From the NCBI GenBank assembly GCA_963810095.1, contig CAWEMM010000006.1:1600001-1664000 (forward strand): 64,000 nt of DNA. The letters run 5' to 3'. The DNA comes from an uncultured Chloroflexia bacterium. GTDB lineage: Bacteria; Chloroflexota; Anaerolineae; CG2-30-64-16. This document shows, in pieces, positions 54,774-64,000 of the stretch (position 1 is the stretch's first letter; the number at the start of each line of letters is the position of its first letter). Both the position numbers and the translations under genes were made by a program. Under the pieces are notes generated by a model that saw only the letters and a list, made by a program, of their open reading frames with translations, was not told where the DNA came from and did not search any database.

Positions 54774-56455
54774 CTAAAACTCCCCGACCTGGCCGACGCG
54801 GAAGCGTTCGATCAGGACGAATGCGGCCGCGCAGATCAGCATCAGCAGGGTGCTCATGGCAATCGCCTGCCCGTAATTCAGCGCGCCGGGCTGCCCGAGC
54901 AGGCGGTAGATGACGACCGGCATGGTGGGGAAGTCGGGCCGGGCGATGAGCAGGGTGGCGCCGAACTCGCCCATGCTGACCGTGAACGCAAACAGCGCCG
55001 CCACCAGCAGCGCGCGGCCGATAATCGGCAGGTCGATTTCGCGCCAGAGAACCCCGGGCGACGCGCCGAGGATGCGGGCGGCTTCACGCCAATCGGGGTT
55101 GATGCCGCGCATGACCGGCAGCAGCGTGCGCACGACGAAGGGGAACGCCACGAGCGTGTGGGCGATGGGCACGAGTGCGGGAGATGCGCGCAGGTCGAAC
55201 GGAGGGTTGCCCATGGTCAGAATGTAGCCCAAACCCAGGGTCACGGCAGACGTGCCCAGCGGCAGCAGCACCAGCGGCTCGAGTGCGAGCGCACCGCGCG
55301 ATTTGCCACGTGACATGAGTACGGCCGTCAGCGTGCCGATCGACAGCGCGAGGATCGTGGTGATCGTGGCGAAGCCGAGGCTGTTGCGGATCGCGGCGCC
55401 GGGGGGCACGTAGAAGAGCGAGTTGTTGCGGTTCACAAAGAGCTCGCGGTAGTAGCGCAACGGGTCGGCGGGCGCAAAGGAGCGGGCGGCCAGCACCACC
55501 AGGGGCGTCACGAGAAACACCAGGAGCCCGATGGCCGTGACCCCGACGAGGATGCGACGTCCGAGCGTGGCCGGCGGCACTTCGCCCGCGCCCGCCGGGC
55601 GAAGGTTGAGCGGCAGCGAGCTGCGGCGCTGCGCCCGGGTGTAGACTGCCATGATGATGAAGGTCAGGATGATCTGCGCCAGCGCGATCGACGCGGCCTC
55701 GGGCATGCGCATCAAGCTGACCGTGAGCCGGTAGATCTCGACCTCGAGCGTGGCGAAACGCGGGCCGCCGAGGATCAGGATCACGCCGAAGCTGGTGAAG
55801 CAGAAGAGGAACACGAGCAGGCCGGCGGCCGCGACCGAGGGCATCAGCAGGGGGAGTGTGATCTCCAGGAAGGCCCGGCTGCGGCTGCTGCCCAGCACGC
55901 GGGCGGCCTCGGAGAGCCGGGTGTCGAGGTTCGACCAGAAGCCACCGACGATGCGGACGACCACGGTGGTGTTATAGAAGGCGTGCGCGATCAGGATCAG
56001 CCAGATGCTCTGTTGGAGGCGGATGGGCGGCCGCGCGAGATCAAACCAGCCCACCAGTTGCGTGTTGAGCCACCCCCGCGGACCAAGCAGGGCAGTGAAT
56101 GCGGCGCCTACCACGACCGCCGGAAGGACGAAGGGGATCGTGGTCAGCGCGCGGATCAGCGTCTTGCCGGGGAACTTGTAGCGGGCGAACACGAACGCGG
56201 CGGGCATGCCCAGTGCGAGCGTCAGCGCGGTCGACAGCACCGATTCCCAGGTGGTGAACCAGAGGGCCCGGGCAAAATAGGGTTCTTGCCACAGGCTGCG
56301 TAGGGGCGTAAGGTCGACCCGCCCGCCGGGCGCGAAGCTCTCCACCACGACCGCAGCGAGCGGGTAGAAGAAGAAGAGGCCGAGGAACAGCAGCGGCGGC
56401 AGGAACAGCAGTGCGCCCGCACCGGGGCGCGGCCGCACTGCTGTCTGCGGCCCAC
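54774..56455 (-). CDS. thiP: Thiamine ABC transporter permease (ThiP-like; start uncertain)
   Basis: Duplicated EAA loops (EAARVLGSS, EAARILGAS), FCFTSFG, SMGEFGAT. Confidence 0.88.
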
Positions 56456-57595
56456 CTAGCGCAGCATCACGTCGGTCCAAGCCTTGATCCACTTCTCCCG
56501 GCCGGCTTCGATCTGCTCAGGGGTCATAGAGACGGCGTCGGTAGGAACCGCCGCGTGCTTCGTGAAGACCTCGGGTTGGGGCACGCCCTGTCGTGCCGGA
56601 TAGACCCACATCTGCAGCGGGATATCCGCTTGGAAGGCGTCGCCGAGCATGAAGTCGATCCACTGGCGGGCCAGCTCGGCCTGCTTCGCACCCTTAAGGA
56701 TGCCGACGAATTCGATTTGCTTGAAGCTGCCGCCGGGCACGAACAAGTTGCCCGTCGGTGCGTCGGCCGGCTGCGGATCGGCGAAGAACACCTCCGCGGC
56801 CGGGCTGGTGGCATAACTCACGACCATGGGCCGGTCACCCTTGCCGCTGCCGGCGCTGAACTGGACGTTGTAGGCATCCTCCCAACCTTCCGACACGAGC
56901 ACATCGTTCTTCCGCAGGTCACGCCAGAAGTCCAGGTAGGTGTAGTCGCCCGTCTCACCGAACGTTGCGACCGTGGCGAGCAGGAACGCCAGCCCGGGCG
57001 AAGACGTTGCCGGGTTCTCGACAGCCAGCATGCCCTTGTACGCCTCATTGGTGAGGTCACGCAGGCCGGCGGGCAGCGCGGTCCCATTGTCGCTGAAGTA
57101 TTTCTTGTCGTAGTTGATCGTGACATAGCCGTAGTCGACCGGCAGCGCGGCATTGGTGGGGTCGAGCCGCAGCTCGGCGGGGATCTTGTCCAGGCTGGGC
57201 GAGGCATACGGCTCGAAAATGCCAGCCGCAAGCGCCCGCGTCAGGAAAGTGTTGTCGACGCCGTAGAAGACGTCGGCCAGCGGGTTGCCCTTGCTCAGGA
57301 TCGCCTTGTTCAGCGCCAAACCCGCGTCGCCGGATTTCAGAAACTGGACCGTGCACCCGCACTGGTCCTGAAACCGGGCGAGCACGTCCTGACTGATGCT
57401 GAAGCTGTCATGGGTCATCACGGTTAGCGTCTTGGCGGCGCCCGGCTCGGCCGTCGCTGCAGTTGCCGTGGGCGCGGCGGTCGCCCCGGCTGAGGCCGTC
57501 GGCGCGGCAGTAGGTGTTGCCGGCAGGGTCGTGCACGCGCTTAGCAACAGGCCGAGCACTACGACGATGGCGATCAGATAGTTCTTCTGCTTCAT
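56456..57595 (-). CDS. thiB: Thiamine ABC transporter substrate-binding lipoprotein
   Basis: Lipobox LLLSAC, LTVMTHDSF, GVDNTFL, NPATSSPGLAFL, VVSYATSP, QIEFVGIL. Confidence 0.92.
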   Translation of the reverse strand: MKQKNYLIAIVVVLGLLLSACTTLPATPTAAPTASAGATAAPTATAATAEPGAAKTLTVMTHDSFSISQDVLARFQDQCGCTVQFLKSGDAGLALNKAILSKGNPLADVFYGVDNTFLTRALAAGIFEPYASPSLDKIPAELRLDPTNAALPVDYGYVTINYDKKYFSDNGTALPAGLRDLTNEAYKGMLAVENPATSSPGLAFLLATVATFGETGDYTYLDFWRDLRKNDVLVSEGWEDAYNVQFSAGSGKGDRPMVVSYATSPAAEVFFADPQPADAPTGNLFVPGGSFKQIEFVGILKGAKQAELARQWIDFMLGDAFQADIPLQMWVYPARQGVPQPEVFTKHAAVPTDAVSMTPEQIEAGREKWIKAWTDVMLR

Positions 57596-58250
57596 TCCAT
57601 TTCCATCCTGTTCAATATGATTAACAGTTGGCCCCGCTCGAGAGTTACCGTGCAGCGGGAACCGGTCAGTACGTTGCTGATTCCCCGGGCGCGGCCCAGG
57701 GAGAGCGTCTCCGCGTGGAGCGGGTAGAGCAGGCCCTCGGTGCTCACGCCCGCTGCGTCGGCGCCGAGCGGCAGCAGCGAGAGCAGGTCGCCGGGCCGGC
57801 CGTCGACCGTCAGGCGCGCTTCGCCGTGGTCGGCGCGGAGCAGGCGGACGGTTTCCCCTCCGTCTACCAGGCACGCGTCGATTGCCGCAAGCTCGGGCCG
57901 GGCCAGCAGGAGCACGTTGGCGAGCAGGTGATCCGTGCGACCTCCGGTCGCCGCGCACAGCGCGATCCGCTGCGGCCTTCAGCGCCAGGGCGTGGGCCAG
58001 CGCGAGCTCCGTATCGGTGTCATCCTTGGCGGCAGGAACTCGCACCGACCGGTGTGCCGGCCGCTTCGAGCTGCCCCGCTTCCGCTGCCGGGAGGGAGTC
58101 CAGGTCGCCCACGAGCAGGTCCACGCGCCAGCCCCAACTCAGAGCGTGATGTGCGCCGAGGTCTGCAGCAATCACGGTATCGCCCGCCCCGGGCGACATG
58201 CCCCAGGGCCGGCGGGCGCTTGGGCTGCCTGCCACGATAAAGACGATCAT
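57592..58250 (-). CDS. thiN: Thiamine pyrophosphokinase (frameshifted)
   Basis: IAADLGAHHA, LLVGDLDSL, KDDTDTELAL, GLLYPL..GISN. Confidence 0.88.
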
Positions 58251-58297
58251 ACACTCCCCTGGCGCGGACGGCGCCCTTCGGGTCATCACGCCGGCCA

Positions 58298-58327
58298 ACA
58301 AAAAAGCGGCCCCTGGAGGCCGCCTGT
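58298..58327 (-). terminator. Riboswitch expression-platform terminator
   Basis: gcggcctccaggggccgc followed by tttttt on the minus strand. Confidence 0.75.
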
Positions 58328-58377
58328 GCTTGGTGATCCGCATGCACGCTTGCGAGCAAGCCGCACCATGCAAGCGG

Positions 58378-58485
58378 TGCATCCCTCCGCCGGCATTACC
58401 CGTCAGGTTCAAGGGGTCGTTGGCATGTCGCGTTGTAACGTGCAACGCCAACCTCTCAGCCGGGCTCCACCCAGCTCCCCCTGCT
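58378..58485 (-). ncRNA. TPP riboswitch
   Basis: Minus strand reads gcagggggagc..gCTGAGAgg..gaccccttGAACCTGAcgGGTAATGCCgGCGgAGGGAtgc, upstream of thiamine genes; promoter TTGACG-N17-TAGACT at 58550-58578. Confidence 0.95.
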
Positions 58486-58622
58486 TCACGTGCGCCGTGC
58501 CCCCGGCCTAAGCCGGGCGCACCGAGCGCAACTATCTTCGATTGCCTGGAGTCTACCACCGCTTGTTAACGCCGTCAAGGAAGTTTATGAACAAAGTGAT
58601 AACTTCTTGTGAGAGAAATCCG

Positions 58623-58650
58623 TTGACACAAGCACAGACAATGCTATAAT
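58623..58650 (+). promoter_or_regulatory. Sigma70 promoter with extended -10 for the surface-protein gene
   Basis: TTGACA-N16-TATAAT with a TGn extension. Confidence 0.7.
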
Positions 58651-58986
58651 GTCCACGTTGTCGCAGTCTGTCCTGTTATCGCCGCTTTCAAGGCGGGAGG
58701 CTGCAATTGTCCGCATCGACCGTCGTGGTGTGTCTTTCCCCGCACCCGTCGGCGTCCTATCGTTCCTCAAATTTGCCAGATGAGGACCGATTCGCTCTCG
58801 AATCGATCTGCGTGACCGGTTCGTGCGCTGCCATCGGTCCGCCGGGCGCATTTTGGCGCGCCTGCGGACTGTCGTCGTCCCCTGGCCCGCCTGGCCCTTG
58901 ACGTGCCGCGTCCTGAAAGCCAGGCCCATCTCCATCTCGGTTATTCATTCATCTACTCACAACTTAATCATCCGTGGAGGAAGACC

Positions 58987-61900
58987 ATGACCCCATCCTT
59001 CCGACAGCCCAGGACGCTGCCGCTGGCGCTCCTGCTGTTCGCCATGCTGGCATTCACTGTCCTGGCAGCACTTGTGCCGATGCCGGCCTCTGCCGAGGGC
59101 GCGCCCTACAAGCAAGTTCCGGGCTACCCCAAGTACGGCTGCTATGACGTCGTCACCGGCGGCAATGGCATGTGGAGCGGCGCGACCCCCTACCCGTTCA
59201 GCGTCGATGTGCCCGGTCCCGTTGTCGATGCTTATCTGGTCTGGGTCGGCACGGAGGACACGGGCGCACCGAACTCGCCCAACCAGAGCGATCTGACCGT
59301 CAACGGTACGACGGTGATCGGCAGCCTGGTCGACTCGAATAAGCCCGGCGCCGGCGACCCCTGGTGGTACATGTGGCGGGCAAACGTCGGACCGAGCGGT
59401 CTGAACCTCGTCAAGACGGGTGCGAACAATTACAGCGCGAGCGGCTGGAACTTCTCCCCGGATGGCACGCGGCGGAACGGCATCAGCCTCGTCGTCGTGT
59501 ACAGCACGGGCGCTTGCACGAAGCCGAATCAGGTCAACCTGATCGACAATTTCGATTATTACTGGGAGCGCCAGACGGGCACGACCGACGTCATGGCGTT
59601 TACTTTCCCGCCGACGCCTTTCGATCGTGACGTCACCGTGTGGCTGCATCAAGCGGGCACCGACTTCGTCAATACCAGCACAGCCCCCAATAAGGGCGAG
59701 GTGTCGGTCGCCGCACCCGACGCGGTAGCGCCCAGCGCCTGCCGCGGCATGTACCTGGCGGCCAAGACGGGGACGGGCACACCGCCCGTGAACATGATCG
59801 ATTACCCCGCGTCTCCCAACGAGCCCCCTGCGGCGCCGTGGTCTCTCTTGACCACCAACGGCGGTAAGTTGGTCGTCAGGGATCCGTTCGTGGGTTCGAC
59901 CTGCCAAAGCACCTCGTGGGTCTGGCCGGTGACGAGCCTCACCGGTTGGGTCGACGGGCAGGGCTGGACGCGCGACGTGGGCGGCTACATCGCACCGGAA
60001 TGGTCAATCGTCAAGGTTACGGTGCGCGTCCTCGCCGGCCAAACCTACCTGGCGCTTCAACTCGGCTCGCAGAAGACAGGTAATCCGGAGATTGTGGACA
60101 CCGGCGAGAGCGGCGCGTGGTTTGCGCAGGCCATCGTCCCGGTCCTCGATGTCAAGCTGCGGATCAGCAAGACCGACGGCGTCGATACGGCGAAGCCGGC
60201 CGACACGCTGACCTATACGCTCAACTACGAGAACTACGGCGCGTCTCCCACCGACAACACGACGATCGTCGACACGCTGCCCGAGCGGGCCACGTTTGTT
60301 TCAGCGTCGAACGGTGGCGTTTATGACGCCGCCACTCGCACGGTCAAGTGGAACCTGGGAACGGTTGCGAGTGGGGCCAAGGGCGCTGTGACGCTCGCGG
60401 TGAAGCTCGACCCGGTCTTCCCGGCCGGGACGACCGCCCTGACCAACACGACGACCATCAGCACGTCGACCCAGGGCGAGCAGGACTTGTCGGACAATAC
60501 TGCTACGGACACGACGAACGTCGTGGCGAAGGCTGAGTTGGCCATCACCAAGGCCGGCGCGCCCGAGCCTGTGGATGCGGGCAGCAACCTGACCTACACC
60601 ATCAACTGGACTGTAGGCGGCAACGCCTTCTCTGACAATGTGACGGTGGTCGATACGCTCCCCACGAATGTGACGTTCGTGAGCGCGTCGGATGGCGGCA
60701 CTTTCGCCGCGGGCAAGGTGACCTGGAACTTGGGCAACGTGACCCCGGTGAAGACCGGCACGGTGACGTTGGTGGTCAAGGTCAACAGCCCGCAGCTGAA
60801 TGGCACCGCGATCAATAACTCGGCCACGATCAGCAACCAGGCCGGCGACACGGCGACTGCGACGGCAAAGAACACCGTCCGGTCGGACCACGAGCTGACC
60901 ATCACGAAGGCAGACAATCCCGATCCGGTGCAGAAGGGCGCGAACATCACCTACACGATCACGTGGGGTGTGTCGGGCAATGAGCCGGCGCAGACCCTCG
61001 TCGTGAAGGACCCGGTTCCCTTCGGCACGAGCTTCGTGAGTGCGGACAGCGGCGGCACTTACGACAGCGCGACCCGGACGGTCACCTGGGCGCTTGGCGA
61101 CAAGATGCCGGGCGATACGGGTACGCTGACCATGGTCGTGAAGGTGGCGACCGACTTCCCGAACGGGATCAAGGTCGAGAACACCGCGACCATCAGCGAC
61201 GCGCGGCCGGGCAAGGAAAAGCAGGCCACCGAACTGACCGGCGTTGTCCAGACGCTTGAAGGCGTGATCGGCGACACCGTTTGGCTCGACCTGAACAAGA
61301 ACGGCGTGCAAGAACCCGGCGAGCCGGGGCTGAGCGGCATCGGGCTCGTTCTCAATAATGCGGGTGCGGACAACGCCTGCGGCACGGCCGACGATGCGCA
61401 GGTGGGACCGCGGTCACCGACGCGAACGGCAAGTACAGCTTCAAGCACCTGCCCGCGGGCGTGTTCTGCGTCGACGTGACCGACGCGACGGTGCCGGCCG
61501 GGATGACGCTTGTCTCGGGCACGGACCCCCGCAAGGTCACGCTGGCCGAGAACCAGGTGTACCTCGACGCCGACTTCGGCTACTGGTCCGCCTTGGGCGT
61601 GATTGGCGACCTCGTTTGGAGCGATGCGAACGGCAACGGCGTGAAGGACCCGAGCGAGGTTGGCATCGGTGGGGTCACGCTCGACCTGTACAAGGCGGGT
61701 GGCGACGGGCAGTGCGGCACGGCGGACGACGCCATGCTGGCTTCGGTTACCACGGCCGCGGACGGCAGCTACCTGTTCGGCGGCCTGGTCGCAGACAAGT
61801 ACTGCGTGAAGGTCACCGATACGGCGGGCAAGCTCACCGGGCTGACCCAGACGAAGGCGCCGGTGCAGCCCGTTACCCTGGCTGCGGGGCAGCTGTTCCT

Positions 61901-63583
61901 GGATGCGGACTTCGGCTACCAGGGCCTGTGCGGCGAGGTAGGCGACTTCGTCTTCTACGATGCGAACCGCAACGGTGTCTACGACGGCCCGCCGCAAGAG
62001 AAGGGTATCAGCGGCGTGTCGCTGAGCCTGACCATCGCCGGCCCGGACGGCAACTTCGGCACCGGGGATGACGTAACCCTGGCGACGGTGCTCACCGACG
62101 CGAACGGCGCCTACCTGTTCAACGGCCTGGCCGTGGGCACCTACCACGTCAACGTGACGGACGTGAACGGCCGCCTGGTCGGGTACACGCAGACGTTCGG
62201 TGCGCCGAATACGAACAATAACGGCCAGGCGATGCCCTTCCCGGTCACCGTCACCAACTGCACGAGCATCCGCTATGCAGACTTCGCCTATGCGGACGGC
62301 CACCTGCTGACGATCACGAAGACAAACAACCTGCCTGCCGGTCAGCCGGTGGAGGCGGGTGAGGAGCTGATCTGGACCCTGGGATACAGCGTGAGCGGCC
62401 GCGGCACGCGCACCCAACGTCATGATCACCGACCCACTGCCCGCGCAGGTCGACTTCGTGTCGGCCAGCAACGGCGGCACCTACGATGCGGCGACCCGCA
62501 TCGTCACGTGGAAACTGGGCAACCTGGACCCGGGCGGCGAGCGGCTCGGTGACGCTGACGGTCCGGGTGAAGAGGCCGCTGGACAAGAACAGCTACATCT
62601 TCAACACGGGCGAGATCACGGACGATGCGAAGGCAACCGGATGATGCGACCGACATGGTCCCGTATGCAGCCCCGGTGCTCGAGCGTCACCAAGACCGAA
62701 CGACCCGGCCGGCGAAGTGAAACCCGGCGACACGATCACGTATGAAGTCTGTGTCTCCAACACGGGCAACGGCAACGCGACTAACGCCGTGATGAGCGAC
62801 GTGATCCCGGTCAACACGACGTATGTGGCCGGCTCGGCGACGGGTGGCGGGGTCTACAACGAAGCCACGAAGACCGTGACCTGGAAGAAGAACCCTACTG
62901 GCGCCGGACGAGAAACTGTGCGGCACCTTCAAGGTGAAGGTCAACATGGTCATCACCGGTCTGACGGGCCAGGAGAACGTGGCGATGAAGTTCTCCGAGT
63001 GGAACGCCGTCAGCATCGACAACACGGTGACGGCGACTGCGGATGGCCTCCCGCCCAAGACCGCGACCGGTGAGCAACCCGCTTGTGGCGACCGTGAACC
63101 CGCTAATCTACAAGTCGGTGGACAAGTCGCAGGTGGCGGTGGGCGAGCCGGTCGTCTTCACGCTGACGTCCGGAATGAGGGCACCGCTTCGGCCACGAAC
63201 ATCGTCGTCACCGACCAGATCCCGCCGAAGCTGGAAGGGGTGACCGTGACGACCACCAAGGGTGCGCGGTGTTCGACCCGAACACCCGGCTGCTCACGGT
63301 GACGATCGGCCAACTCGAACCCGGCCGAGACGGTTACGTCACGATCAAGGGTAAGGCGGCGTTCCGTGCGGCGAACGTGCCCTACACGATGAAGAACAAG
63401 GCGTCGTGTCCTTCACGGAAGGCGCGCCGCGCACGTCGAACGGGTGACCGTGACGGTCGACGACTTCCGCCGGCGGAAATCCCTGAGCCGGGTACCTGGC
63501 TGATGCTGGGCGCCGGCCTGGCCGGGTTGGCCGGCTACGCACGGGTGCGGGCGCAGGCTCGCCGGCGGAAGCAGCAGAAGTAA
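58987..63583 (+). CDS. Large secreted surface protein: N-terminal beta domain, DUF11 repeats, SdrD-B-like repeats, C-terminal PEP-CTERM-type sorting signal (frameshifted after ~61400)
   Basis: Signal peptide ending PASA; repeats ITK..PV..G..LTYTI..D.LP..FVSAS.GG.YD....VTW.LG; repeats IGD.VW.D.N.NG.....E.G..G; ends IPEPGTWLMLGAGLAGLAGYARVRAQARRRKQQK. Confidence 0.88.
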
Positions 63584-63667
63584 CGGCGTGAATCGCCGGC
63601 AGGCATCCTGAGCGAGGTCGCCCTGGACGGGGCGCCGCCGAAGTGATCTTGCCACTCGAATAGCAAT

Positions 63668-63708
63668 AAAGGCGAAGCACGGGTTTCGGCCCGCGCTTTG
63701 CCTTTTCA
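63668..63708. terminator. Hairpin terminator between convergent genes
   Basis: aaaggcgaagc.cggg-tttcgg-cccg.gctttgcctttt. Confidence 0.6.
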
Positions 63709-63786
63709 TTTCGGCGCATGGGGGCCGTTAGCTGCTCGGTGCATCCGCAGGCAAAGTTGGGCCCAACCGATTTCAGCGCCCCCCGG

Positions 63787-64000
63787 CTACGACTGCCGCC
63801 GTAAAGAGCTCGCGAAAGAACTGCTTTTCCAGTTCCACTGTTTCCTCGACCGAACCGTAGAGCGGCGCGGTCAGCTTCACCAGCACCACCCCGTCCTGAG
63901 GGTTGCGTGCGTAAGACGGCCAGAGATAGAAGTAGGTAACGACGTGCTCTGCTTGCCGCCGTCGATGGCCTTGGGCTATCAGACGCAGGGCATAGACCTC
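63787..64000 (-). CDS. 3' end of a putative exosortase-associated EpsI-like protein (runs off the window)
   Basis: Manual translation ..HVVTYFYLWPSYARNPQDGVVLVKLTAPLYGSVEETVELEKQFFRELF..; the family call is from recalled pattern only, and the stop position is uncertain. Confidence 0.45.

Overview
A GC-rich bacterial window whose gene repertoire and protein style suggest Chloroflexota, probably Anaerolineae/Caldilineae-like (inference). Many genes, including housekeeping ones, are broken by single-base indels, most likely long-read assembly errors; frameshifted genes are given with reconstructed spans. Contents in order: glutamate dehydrogenase; a four-gene minus-strand conflict/signalling module (CHAT-SIR2, membrane STAND-WD40, lipoprotein, C25/caspase-like protease); bcp; a ~23 kb surface-polysaccharide cluster (Wzx/Wzy, GDP-mannose 3,5-epimerase-like, Fkp-like, rmlA, sat/cysC, TauE, and an inverted-repeat-flanked GxxExxY gene); tRNA-Leu(GAG); degV-plsX-fabF; addB/addA-like genes; deoC; a GT-C transferase; ssb-DUF3467-radC behind a LexA-type box; a TPP-riboswitch thiamine operon; and a large DUF11/SdrD-B PEP-CTERM surface protein facing an EpsI-like gene. 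The top finding is at 50046-51923. Three tiny ORFs absent from the ORF track (13, 34 and 14 aa) each have a GGAGG RBS and the same C-terminal motif DGV[IV]GG[NG], written with different synonymous codons. They flank an orphan 2TM plus beta-rich protein and have their own promoters and terminators: a candidate undescribed micropeptide-receptor/effector system.
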